Positions 40,152 through 48,997 of a stretch of DNA of 62,569 nt are shown here, one piece after another. Positions within the stretch are counted from its first letter, which is position 1. The number at the start of each line of letters is the position of its first letter. The translations under genes were made by a program, and so were the position numbers. Source of the DNA: an uncultured Alphaproteobacteria bacterium (GTDB taxonomy: Bacteria > Pseudomonadota > Alphaproteobacteria > HIMB59 > GCA-002718135). The stretch spans positions 1 to 62,569 of the forward strand of contig CACAAZ010000004.1 of NCBI GenBank assembly GCA_902530685.1. The letters are read 5' to 3'. Under the pieces are notes generated by a model, which was given only the letters and a program-made list of their open reading frames with translations, made no database searches and was not told the origin of the DNA.

Positions 40152-41597
40152 TTAATTAATATTATTAAATTCTTTAATCTTATCATCTAATGAGAGCATT
40201 TGTTTATAATGATGATCCCAAAAATTTTGACTTCTTCTTTTTTCAAAATCATCTAAATTGATTCCTTGTTGCTCCACCCAAGTATAATAACCAAGATTGA
40301 AAATTCTTTCTTTATCTCTTTGATTAAGCTCTAATGTATTATCAGTATTTGCACCTTTTAAGAATTCTCCAAATATTTCACCACACGTAGTTTCATCATA
40401 TATATTTTTAAATTCTTCCTTGGTTTTATTTAATTCTGAAAGATACAAATCTGCTCCATCTGTTGCAACTGTGACAATTGCATCTTCTTTACCTAATTTC
40501 ATATATTTAGCTAATTTAATTGAAGCTAATATATTAGCTATTGCAGAAAAACCGAATTCTGGAAGTCTTTTTACAAAATTATTATCAAAACCTTTTTTTC
40601 TAGTTAAGTATTCTTGACCAATCTCTGTATTAAACATCATATTCAAATTATTAGTTGCACGATCTGTAATACCTACAACAAAGTCTGAATTCATTACATT
40701 ATGAATTAGGGGGACATGTTTGTCACCTATTCCTTGTATATTATGTTCACCATAGCCATTATTAAGCAAAGTTGGGCACTCTAAGGCTTCCACAACGGCT
40801 ATCTTTGCATTTAACTTTTCTTTTAAGTAATCTCCTGCAGCAAGTGTGCCACTTGATCCTGATGCACTAACATAAAATCTTGCTTTTAAGTCTGTATCAC
40901 CTTTTACTTGTAAAAAAGATTTTTCAAACGAAGGACCAGTTACTGAACGGTGAATTGCATAGTTGTAATATTCATCAAACTGGTTGATAATATCATTATT
41001 TGGATCTTTTTTTAGCTCATTACAAGCGTCATAAATTTCTTTGACATTACTCTCAGTGCCTTTAGTTTTAATTATATCATTTTTATCCTCAACCCATTTT
41101 TCTAACCAGTTAAATCTTTCTTGACTCATCCCTTCAGGTAAAATTGCAACACTTTTTAAACCAAGTATTCTAGAAATAGCAACTCCTCCTCTACAATAAT
41201 TTCCAGTTGATGGCCAAACAGCTTTTTGTTTTTCATAATCGAAACTACCGTTAAGAATTCTGGGTAATAAACATCCATAAGCTGCCAAAACTTTATGTGC
41301 TGTTATCATAGGAAATAATCTTCCTATATTAACAATTATCTTTGCTTCAACTCCTGTAAATTCATCTGGTAAAACAATGTGCTCTGGAACATTTGAAAAG
41401 TTCGAGTGATCTCTATTATTAAACCAGTGAACTCTAAATAAATTTTTTGGATCAGCTGCATCTTTATCAATCGATTTTAAATTTGATTTAACATCTTCAT
41501 TTATAATATGTGGATTTTGTAATTCAGAAATTGTTGGAAGCACTATTCCTCTATCCCTAAAGTATCTTGATGTTTTATCTATTATTTGTTCGTTCAT
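40152..41597 (-). CDS. PLP-dependent fold-type II enzyme (cysteine synthase/TrpB-like), function unknown
   Basis: AHKV Schiff-base Lys, WPSTGNYCRGG, SASGSSGT phosphate loop, HNIQGIGDKHVP. Confidence 0.8.
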   Translation of the reverse strand: MNEQIIDKTSRYFRDRGIVLPTISELQNPHIINEDVKSNLKSIDKDAADPKNLFRVHWFNNRDHSNFSNVPEHIVLPDEFTGVEAKIIVNIGRLFPMITAHKVLAAYGCLLPRILNGSFDYEKQKAVWPSTGNYCRGGVAISRILGLKSVAILPEGMSQERFNWLEKWVEDKNDIIKTKGTESNVKEIYDACNELKKDPNNDIINQFDEYYNYAIHRSVTGPSFEKSFLQVKGDTDLKARFYVSASGSSGTLAAGDYLKEKLNAKIAVVEALECPTLLNNGYGEHNIQGIGDKHVPLIHNVMNSDFVVGITDRATNNLNMMFNTEIGQEYLTRKKGFDNNFVKRLPEFGFSAIANILASIKLAKYMKLGKEDAIVTVATDGADLYLSELNKTKEEFKNIYDETTCGEIFGEFLKGANTDNTLELNQRDKERIFNLGYYTWVEQQGINLDDFEKRRSQNFWDHHYKQMLSLDDKIKEFNNIN

Positions 41598-41600
41598 AAT

Positions 41601-42578
41601 TTATAACCTTGTACCTAAATTTTTTTTCATTGCGATATCAAAAGTAAACCTAGCTATAGCAGTATCCTGAACACCTGTGCCAGTTAAATCACATAAAGTG
41701 ATATCCTCTTTATTTTTTCTTCCTAATGCTGGATTTAAAATAACTTCTCCTATTTCATTAAAATTTTCATTTATGGAAATTATATTAGCCTTAATAGCGT
41801 GGTGTAATTCACCTAATACTGCGGTTTGAGACTGACTGTCAGGAATATAGGTATCACATTTTTTTATTATATCAGGATCTATTTCATTTTTTTCTTCAGC
41901 ATCTGAGCCCATGGCGGTTATGTGTAATCCTTTCTTCAACCATGCACTTTTAATTAAAGGTGACTTACTTGGTGTAGTTGTAACAACTATTTCTGATAGT
42001 TTAACTAATTCTTCAATTGAGGAAGATTTTTTTATATCAAGACCTAAATACTGAATTTCTCTTTCAAAATTAATCAGTTTTTCTCTATCTCGTGACCATA
42101 TAAATACTGTACTAATAGGACGAACTAATTTTAATGCTTCAAGTTGTAACTTTGCTTGTAAGCCAGCACCTATGATACCTGCTTTTGTTGAATCTGGGTT
42201 GGATAAATATTTTGCAGCGATTGATCCAGCAATTGCGGTACGAATATCTGTTAAATATCCTTCATCTAATAATATTGATTTAATAACACCTGTCTTAGAG
42301 TCTAATAATATCATCATACCATTGCTTGATGGAATACCAAGTTTAGGATTATCAAAAAAACCTGAAGCTATTTTTATTGCATAACTATCTAATCCTTCAA
42401 TGTAAGCTGCTTTAACATCAGTTTCACCATTATATTTATGAACATCAAGTCGTTGAATAGGCGGCATAATGGTATTTCCATCAGCTAAATTCTTAAAAGC
42501 ATCCTCAATAACGGGAATGAGCTGCTCATTTAGTTGAACACATTTCTTGATATCATCTAATTTTAAGAAAACTGTCAT
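41601..42578 (-). CDS. eutC: ornithine cyclodeaminase/mu-crystallin family, ectoine utilisation EutC
   Basis: GETDVKAAYIEG, IKIASGFFDNPKLG, LLDEGYLTDIRTA, GSDAEEKNE, CDLTGTGVQD. Confidence 0.85.
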   Translation of the reverse strand: MTVFLKLDDIKKCVQLNEQLIPVIEDAFKNLADGNTIMPPIQRLDVHKYNGETDVKAAYIEGLDSYAIKIASGFFDNPKLGIPSSNGMMILLDSKTGVIKSILLDEGYLTDIRTAIAGSIAAKYLSNPDSTKAGIIGAGLQAKLQLEALKLVRPISTVFIWSRDREKLINFEREIQYLGLDIKKSSSIEELVKLSEIVVTTTPSKSPLIKSAWLKKGLHITAMGSDAEEKNEIDPDIIKKCDTYIPDSQSQTAVLGELHHAIKANIISINENFNEIGEVILNPALGRKNKEDITLCDLTGTGVQDTAIARFTFDIAMKKNLGTRL

Positions 42579-43525
42579 AAAATCAATTTTGAAAATAATT
42601 CAGTATCAATATTACCACCACAAATTAAACAAATTATATTTTTACCTAAGTGTTTTGATAGATTGTCTTTTGCTACTATTACACTGGTCGCTGCTGCGCC
42701 CTCTGTTACTAATCTATGTTCGTGAAAATTTAATCGAATTCCTTCAGCTATTTTTTCCTCACTAACTAAAATAAAATCATCAATTGTTTTTTGAGCAATA
42801 TCAAAGGTATATTTATTTTCTAAACCTATACTACCGCCTAAACAATCAGCCAATGTTTCTAGTTCTTCTACATCGACTGGTTTACCATGCTTTAAACTTT
42901 CATACATAGATGGTCCTCTTTCCATAGAAACAGCAATTACTTTAATATCAGGTTTTTGCAATTTTAACGCGAGTGCAATTCCTCCAATTAATCCGCCACC
43001 TGAAGTTGGAATTATTACTGTATCTACTTCAGGAAAATCATTTAACATTTCTATACCGACAGTTCCCTGGCCTGCAATAACATCTTCGTCATCAAATGGA
43101 TGAATAAAAGGAATATTATTTTTATTTGAAATTTCTCTAGCATACATATCTGCTTCATCACTATTTGATCCATAAATTTCAACATTTGCTCCTAATGCTT
43201 CTATGGCTTCTTTTCTGTATTGTGGAACCATTTTTGACATATAAATTGTAGACTTAATACCCAGTTTACTCGAAGCAAAAGCAACACCTTTTCCATGGTT
43301 GCCTGTTGAAACAGCAATTACACCTTTCTGTTTTTCATCATTTGTTAAAGAAAGTAACTTATTTGTTGCACCTCTTAATTTAAATGAACCTGTTTTTTGA
43401 AGAGATTCTAATTTTAATTTAACGGTCCTATTTTGGGATAATAAATCGGATGTCACTAAAGGAGTATGGTTAATGTACGGTGAAATTTTTTTATGAGACT
43501 CTAAAATTCTATCTAATGAAATCAT
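42575..43525 (-). CDS. eutB: threonine-dehydratase-like hydroxyectoine utilisation dehydratase EutB
   Basis: LQKTGSFKLRGA, STGNHG, HPFDDEDVIAGQGT, SGGGL, TLADCLGGSIGLEN (EutB-type). Confidence 0.82.
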   Translation of the reverse strand: MISLDRILESHKKISPYINHTPLVTSDLLSQNRTVKLKLESLQKTGSFKLRGATNKLLSLTNDEKQKGVIAVSTGNHGKGVAFASSKLGIKSTIYMSKMVPQYRKEAIEALGANVEIYGSNSDEADMYAREISNKNNIPFIHPFDDEDVIAGQGTVGIEMLNDFPEVDTVIIPTSGGGLIGGIALALKLQKPDIKVIAVSMERGPSMYESLKHGKPVDVEELETLADCLGGSIGLENKYTFDIAQKTIDDFILVSEEKIAEGIRLNFHEHRLVTEGAAATSVIVAKDNLSKHLGKNIICLICGGNIDTELFSKLIL

Positions 43526-43534
43526 TTTGATATT

Positions 43535-44689
43535 TTATAATATATATAACCCTCTAGATGTTTTAGATAAAACCTCAACACCTTCATTAGTTATAATAAT
43601 ATTATCAATTAATCTTACTCCTATTTTATCTTCATAGCTAAATGCAGGAGGTTCAATTGCTATAACCATGCCTGGCTCAAATACACGCTCAGAAGATCCA
43701 TCGACTATTAAAGGTTCAACCCATGTTGGTGGAAATGCTATTCCCACTGCGTAACCTGTCATATGTAAACGGTACTTCTCCATACCTGCTTTTTCAATTA
43801 TTGATTTTGCTATATTATGTGCTTTTCTTACTTCTTTACCAGGACCCATCTCTTGAATACATGCGTCTCCAGCTTCTTTTATAACATTAAATATTTCTTT
43901 CATTCTTTCACTTGGTTTACCAACACACATATTTCTTCCAATTGTGCAACAATATCTTCTATAGTGAGATCCAAACTGTAAATGCATGAAATCTCCTTCT
44001 TGTAATTTTTTATCTGATGGTTCACCATGTGCAAACATAGATCTATCTCCAGTTAGAAAATTCATAGGACTAGAAGGTATATCTCCACCATTCATAAACA
44101 TTTCATAATGAATAGTGGCTGATATTTCTCTTTCGGATATTCCTGGCTTTATTGTTTTTAATCCAGCATTGAAACTTATATCTGCAATTTCAGAAGCTTT
44201 GCGAACATATTTCAATTCCGTTTCTGATTTTAGCAGTTTTATTTCTCCAACTAGATCTGTTGAAATATGAACAATTGAGTCTCCAAGTATTTCATTAATT
44301 TTGTTGTATTCAAATGGATGAAGGTAATAATAAGGTACTTCAATCCCAATTCTTTTTTTTAAGAGTTTTTTTTCTACCATTAGTTTGTATGTGGCATCAA
44401 TAGGATCTTCAGGTTCTTGTCCACCCCAGCCATATACTTCATCTGCCATGGAATGCTCATTCATCATTTCCACTTCAGATCTTCTAGTCATCATAATAAT
44501 TGGATCAGAATCAATTGGAAAAAGTAAAACTTCAAATTCTTGATATCCTTTTGCAGGAGTACCAATTAAATAATTTATGTTGGTTGGCGATATTACCATT
44601 AAAAGTTCAATATTAAATTTTTTCATCGAACTTCGAGTTTTGTCCCACCTTTCTCTAAATTCTTCTTTAGAAAAAAAATCTTTAGACAT
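43535..44689 (-). CDS. M24-fold hydrolase, EutD-like paralog
   Basis: FSKEEF..R, LKSETE, FAHG, HMTGYAVGIAFPPTW, PGMVIAIEP. Confidence 0.85.
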   Translation of the reverse strand: MSKDFFSKEEFRERWDKTRSSMKKFNIELLMVISPTNINYLIGTPAKGYQEFEVLLFPIDSDPIIMMTRRSEVEMMNEHSMADEVYGWGGQEPEDPIDATYKLMVEKKLLKKRIGIEVPYYYLHPFEYNKINEILGDSIVHISTDLVGEIKLLKSETELKYVRKASEIADISFNAGLKTIKPGISEREISATIHYEMFMNGGDIPSSPMNFLTGDRSMFAHGEPSDKKLQEGDFMHLQFGSHYRRYCCTIGRNMCVGKPSERMKEIFNVIKEAGDACIQEMGPGKEVRKAHNIAKSIIEKAGMEKYRLHMTGYAVGIAFPPTWVEPLIVDGSSERVFEPGMVIAIEPPAFSYEDKIGVRLIDNIIITNEGVEVLSKTSRGLYIL

Positions 44690-44694
44690 GAATA

Positions 44695-45852
44695 TTATGT
44701 CACTATCAAGCTGGTAGGTGTTTTATTGGTTAATACCTCAGCACCATTTTCAGTTAAAATTACTGTATTTGAATAAAAGAAATCTCCCTTACCACTCCAC
44801 ATCAACCAAGAATGAGTATGAAAAACCATACCTACTTTTAAAATTCTTTTACTATTTGGTGCTAGGCCTGTAACCATACTTCCTCCAACCCAGCTTGGAG
44901 GAAAAGCGATGCCAACTAAGTAGCCACAATGATGACGTCTATATTCAGGTAAACCAGCCGCATCAACAACATCTTGCCATGCTTGATATACATCTCCTGT
45001 AGTTGCTCCAGGCTTTATCGCTTTGAGTTGTGCTTCACCCGCCTTATTACTTAAATCTGCCGCAAAATCTGCATCATGAGGTTTTTCACCAATAAAAATA
45101 AGACGTCCCATTGGCGCTTGATATTTTTTATAAGAACCTGCGTGTTCAATATACAGTGCATCACCAGTCTTCATTACATCACCTCTCCAAGTCGTATGTT
45201 CTTCATTAAGACGATCAGTCATTCGAATAAATGGACCAAAGCCTGCGTATTCACTACCAGCTTTGATCATAGCAGAATGCATTTCTGCTGATATGTCTCT
45301 GTCACTTGCCCCATCCTTTGCTGCTTCTATCGCCGCTAAAGCACCTACATCAGCAGCTTCAGCAGCTTTTCTTGTATATTCGATTTCAAGGGGTGATTTT
45401 ACCTGCCTTAATTCATCAACTAATCCTGAACAGTTAGAGCAATTAGCTTTACTTAATTTGTTAGTTACTTCTTCGTAAATAGCTGGTGTTAAAAATAAAG
45501 AATTTTTTTCAATTCCAATATTTAAAGTATCGCATTTTGAGTCTTTAATTGCTTTGAAAATAAAATCTGCAGGATTTTCATAATCTTTAAATCCATAAAA
45601 GTTTGCATTTAAAACATATCTCTCAACAGATACTTGTTCCATTTGTCTACATATCAGAATCATATCTCCTTCTAATGGAACAAAAAGAACATGACATGCA
45701 AAGTAACCCCAATGGTCCAATCCAGTTAAATAATAAATATTTTCAGGAACAGCTACTAAAATAGCATCTAAGTTGTTTTTTTTCATTTCTTGACGAACAG
45801 CAACTAAACGACTTGCTAATTCTTCTTTAGGAAAAGCGTGAGTTATTGGCAT
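44695..45852 (-). CDS. M24-fold hydrolase, EutD-like paralog
   Basis: FPKEE..R, PENIYYLTG, VKSPLEI, EEHTTW, HHCGYLVGIAFPPSW; ATG 45852 has a GAGGAG SD (the ORF track starts at 45867). Confidence 0.85.
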   Translation of the reverse strand: MPITHAFPKEELASRLVAVRQEMKKNNLDAILVAVPENIYYLTGLDHWGYFACHVLFVPLEGDMILICRQMEQVSVERYVLNANFYGFKDYENPADFIFKAIKDSKCDTLNIGIEKNSLFLTPAIYEEVTNKLSKANCSNCSGLVDELRQVKSPLEIEYTRKAAEAADVGALAAIEAAKDGASDRDISAEMHSAMIKAGSEYAGFGPFIRMTDRLNEEHTTWRGDVMKTGDALYIEHAGSYKKYQAPMGRLIFIGEKPHDADFAADLSNKAGEAQLKAIKPGATTGDVYQAWQDVVDAAGLPEYRRHHCGYLVGIAFPPSWVGGSMVTGLAPNSKRILKVGMVFHTHSWLMWSGKGDFFYSNTVILTENGAEVLTNKTPTSLIVT

Positions 45853-45961
45853 ATATTTTCTCCTCAAATATTATATATTTAAATTTTAATTATAGCTTTG
45901 AAAAAAGCAATATTTAATCATATTAATAATGATATTATTTAATTTTTTTTAAAAGGTATTA

Positions 45962-48247
45962 ATGTCAAAAAAATTTATTGCCACTCACTGGGGTACATAC
46001 GTTCAAAAAGGTAAGGGTAATAATCTAAAAATAAATTATTGGACAAAAGATAAAAATCCCACAAAATTTGGATTAGATTTTTTAAATGCAGCACAAGATA
46101 ATTTAAGAATTACTCAGCCTTACATTCGTAAAGGCTGGTTAGAAAAGAATAAAACTAAGAGGGGTCAAGATAAATTTATACCAGTTTCATGGGAAATGGC
46201 ACTTTCTATTGCATCAGATGAATTATTAAAAGTCAAAAAAAAATATGGGAATAAAAGTATTTATGCTGGTTCATACGGTTGGGCAAGTGCTGGAAGGTTT
46301 CATCATGCTAAAAGTCAATTAAATCGTTTTTTTAATTTATTTGGTGGCTTTTCTTTTTCTACTCAAAGCTATTCTTACGCTGCTGCACAAACTCTACTTC
46401 CACATATTATAGGGAAAGATATTTATGGACTTCTTGATGATCATACATCTTGGAATGCTTTATCAAAAAATACTGAATTAATAGTTATGTTTGGAGGAAT
46501 GCCATTAAAAAATTCTCAAGTTTCTGCTGGCGGCGTTGGAACACACACAACAAAAGAGGGTTTGAAAAAATGCATAAAGAATAGAGTAAAGTTTATTAAT
46601 ATTAGTCCTTTAAAAACTGATGCACCATCATTTGTAAGTGCTAAACAAATTTTTATAAGACCAAATACTGATACTGCTTTAATGTTGTCTTTAGCCTATT
46701 TGCTAATAATTAATAATACTTACGATAAAAAATTTATAAGCAAATATACATTTGGATTTGATGAATTTAAAAAATATGTTCTCGGTAATAATAAAAATGA
46801 ACCTTGCACACCAAGATGGGCCTCTAAAATTACTGGAATATCAGAAAAAGGAATTAGCGATCTTTATAAAATTATTATTAGAAAAAAAACATTAATTTCA
46901 ATGTCATGGAGCCTACAAAGAGCTTCACATGGTGAACAACCACTCTGGATGGGTATTACTTTAGCTAGTATGCTTGGTCATATTGGCAGTGCTTCAGGAG
47001 GGTTTGGATTTGGTTATTCTGCAGTTAATAGCACAGGTGATAGCTTTAATAAAATTAAATGGCCAAGTTTACCTCAGTCAAAGAATAAAGTTACATCTTT
47101 TATACCAGTGGCAAGAATAACTGATATGTTAAATAATCCAGGTGGAAAATTTATATACAATGGAAAAAAAAGGAAATATCCAAATATTAAATTAATTTAT
47201 TGGGCTGGAGGTAACCCTTTTCACCATCATCAAGATTTGAATAAGCTTGTAAAAGCTTGGCAAAAACCTGAAACAATTATTGTTAATGAAATTTGGTGGA
47301 ATGCACAAGCTAGACATGCTGACATTATATTTCCAACCTGCACTAGTCTTGAAAAAAATGATATCATGCTAAATCCTAGAGATCCGACTATTATTGCTAG
47401 TCGAAAAGTTATAAAAAATTTTGGTCAATCAAAAAGTGATTTTGAAATTTTTTCATCGTTATCAAAAAAACTTGGATTTGGTAAAAAATTTACTAAAGGT
47501 TATAATGAGAAACAGTGGCTTAATTCATTATGGAATGAAGCAAGAGCCGAAGGCAAAAAAAATAAAATAAATTTACCTTCATTCAAATCATTCTGGAATA
47601 AAGGATTTTTTAAAATTCCTACATTAAACAAGAACAATATTATGTTTGAAGACTTTATAAATGATCCGATTGGGAATAAGCTTAATACATCTTCAGGTAA
47701 AATAGAAATTGTATCAAAGGTAATTAAAAGTTTTAAATTAAAAGACTGTAAAAAACACCCATATTGGTTTGAGCCTTATGAATGGATAGGTAATAAAAAA
47801 AGATTTAATTTACACCTCATATCGAATCAGCCAGAATTCAAATTGCATGGGCAACTAGATAATGCTTTCTTGAGTAAATTGAATAAAATTAAAAACAGAG
47901 AACCATTAATTATTAATCCGATAGATGCAAAAAAAAGAAAACTTAAAAATAATGACTTAGTTGAAGTTTATAATCAAAGAGGAAGGATGTTAGCTGGTAT
48001 TAGAATATCAAATAAAGTAATGGAAGGTGTTGTAGTTGTTTCTACAGGTTCTTGGTTTAGTCCATATAAAAAAGAAAAAATAGAAGCTCATGGTAATCCG
48101 AACGTATTGACTGGGGATATACCTACTTCTTCTTTCAGTCAGGCTCCAACATCAAATACAACTTTAGTCGAAGTCAAAAAAATATCAGAAGACTATAAAA
48201 ATCTAAAAACACTTATTTATGATTTTTCTCATTTAGAATTAAATTAA
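45962..48247 (+). CDS. BisC/TorA/DorA-family molybdopterin S-/N-oxide reductase, no export signal
   Basis: ATHWG, PYIRKGWL, SIYAGSYGWASAGRFHHA, SYS Mo-ligand region, IRPNTDTALM, WSLQRASHGEQ, YWAGGNPFHHHQD, HGNPNVLT. Confidence 0.9.
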   Translation: MSKKFIATHWGTYVQKGKGNNLKINYWTKDKNPTKFGLDFLNAAQDNLRITQPYIRKGWLEKNKTKRGQDKFIPVSWEMALSIASDELLKVKKKYGNKSIYAGSYGWASAGRFHHAKSQLNRFFNLFGGFSFSTQSYSYAAAQTLLPHIIGKDIYGLLDDHTSWNALSKNTELIVMFGGMPLKNSQVSAGGVGTHTTKEGLKKCIKNRVKFINISPLKTDAPSFVSAKQIFIRPNTDTALMLSLAYLLIINNTYDKKFISKYTFGFDEFKKYVLGNNKNEPCTPRWASKITGISEKGISDLYKIIIRKKTLISMSWSLQRASHGEQPLWMGITLASMLGHIGSASGGFGFGYSAVNSTGDSFNKIKWPSLPQSKNKVTSFIPVARITDMLNNPGGKFIYNGKKRKYPNIKLIYWAGGNPFHHHQDLNKLVKAWQKPETIIVNEIWWNAQARHADIIFPTCTSLEKNDIMLNPRDPTIIASRKVIKNFGQSKSDFEIFSSLSKKLGFGKKFTKGYNEKQWLNSLWNEARAEGKKNKINLPSFKSFWNKGFFKIPTLNKNNIMFEDFINDPIGNKLNTSSGKIEIVSKVIKSFKLKDCKKHPYWFEPYEWIGNKKRFNLHLISNQPEFKLHGQLDNAFLSKLNKIKNREPLIINPIDAKKRKLKNNDLVEVYNQRGRMLAGIRISNKVMEGVVVVSTGSWFSPYKKEKIEAHGNPNVLTGDIPTSSFSQAPTSNTTLVEVKKISEDYKNLKTLIYDFSHLELN

Positions 48248-48963
48248 CTAGAAAAATTAAAAAAATTTGAGATAAATTTTTTACCATCATGCTGATCTAA
48301 AAATTTACTTTCATATTTGTTAACATTTTTACTAAAGTATATGTCCCAAAGTTTTTTATTAGATTCAGGATGAAACTGTGAACTATACCAGTTATTACCA
48401 TGATCTATAACAATAGCAGGACTATCATCATGAGTGGCAAGAATACTATTTTTTTGATCATCTGCTGGAATTATATGAAGAGAATTACCAAAATGAAAAA
48501 TTGGGAATTCCGACATATCATAAAATAGTGGATGTGACTTACCTTTTTCAGTTAGTCTTATTTTATATGTTCCAGATAATGTACCTTGTAAACGATTTGT
48601 TAATTCACCGTTTCCAAATTGACTTGATAACATTTGATGTCCTCCACAAATTCCCAATAGTGGTTTTTTTGATTTACGATAAATTGCTAACCAACTACGA
48701 AGTTTGTGTAACCAACTTTTGTCTTCAGTTACTACATGAAAAGTACCGCCGAGAATAACACAATCGATATTCACAGATTCAGGGAGATCTTCGCCTCTAC
48801 AAATATCTACTCCAGATAGATTATATCCGGCTTCTTCTGCTATTGATCTATGCCAATCAACAGCCCAATGTTTTTCTTTACCAGTTTTACATAAACTAAC
48901 ATAATCCTCTGGATCATAATGTTCGCGCTCTCCAAGCATTGAAATAAAGAGTGCATTTTTCAT
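48244..48963 (-). CDS. class I glutamine amidotransferase-like protein (possible gamma-glutamyl hydrolase)
   Basis: LLGICGGHQ nucleophile Cys and QFHPE His-Glu triad; stand-alone. Confidence 0.85.
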   Translation of the reverse strand: MKNALFISMLGEREHYDPEDYVSLCKTGKEKHWAVDWHRSIAEEAGYNLSGVDICRGEDLPESVNIDCVILGGTFHVVTEDKSWLHKLRSWLAIYRKSKKPLLGICGGHQMLSSQFGNGELTNRLQGTLSGTYKIRLTEKGKSHPLFYDMSEFPIFHFGNSLHIIPADDQKNSILATHDDSPAIVIDHGNNWYSSQFHPESNKKLWDIYFSKNVNKYESKFLDQHDGKKFISNFFNFSS

Positions 48964-48997
48964 AATATATTTACTTTTGATTCTTTTAATAGTTTTG

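Noticed and set aside
30414-45852. M24 proteins as the DMSP lyase DddP or as true Xaa-Pro peptidases
   Set aside because: Both need the dimetal D-D-H-E-E site, which appears degenerate in all four proteins.
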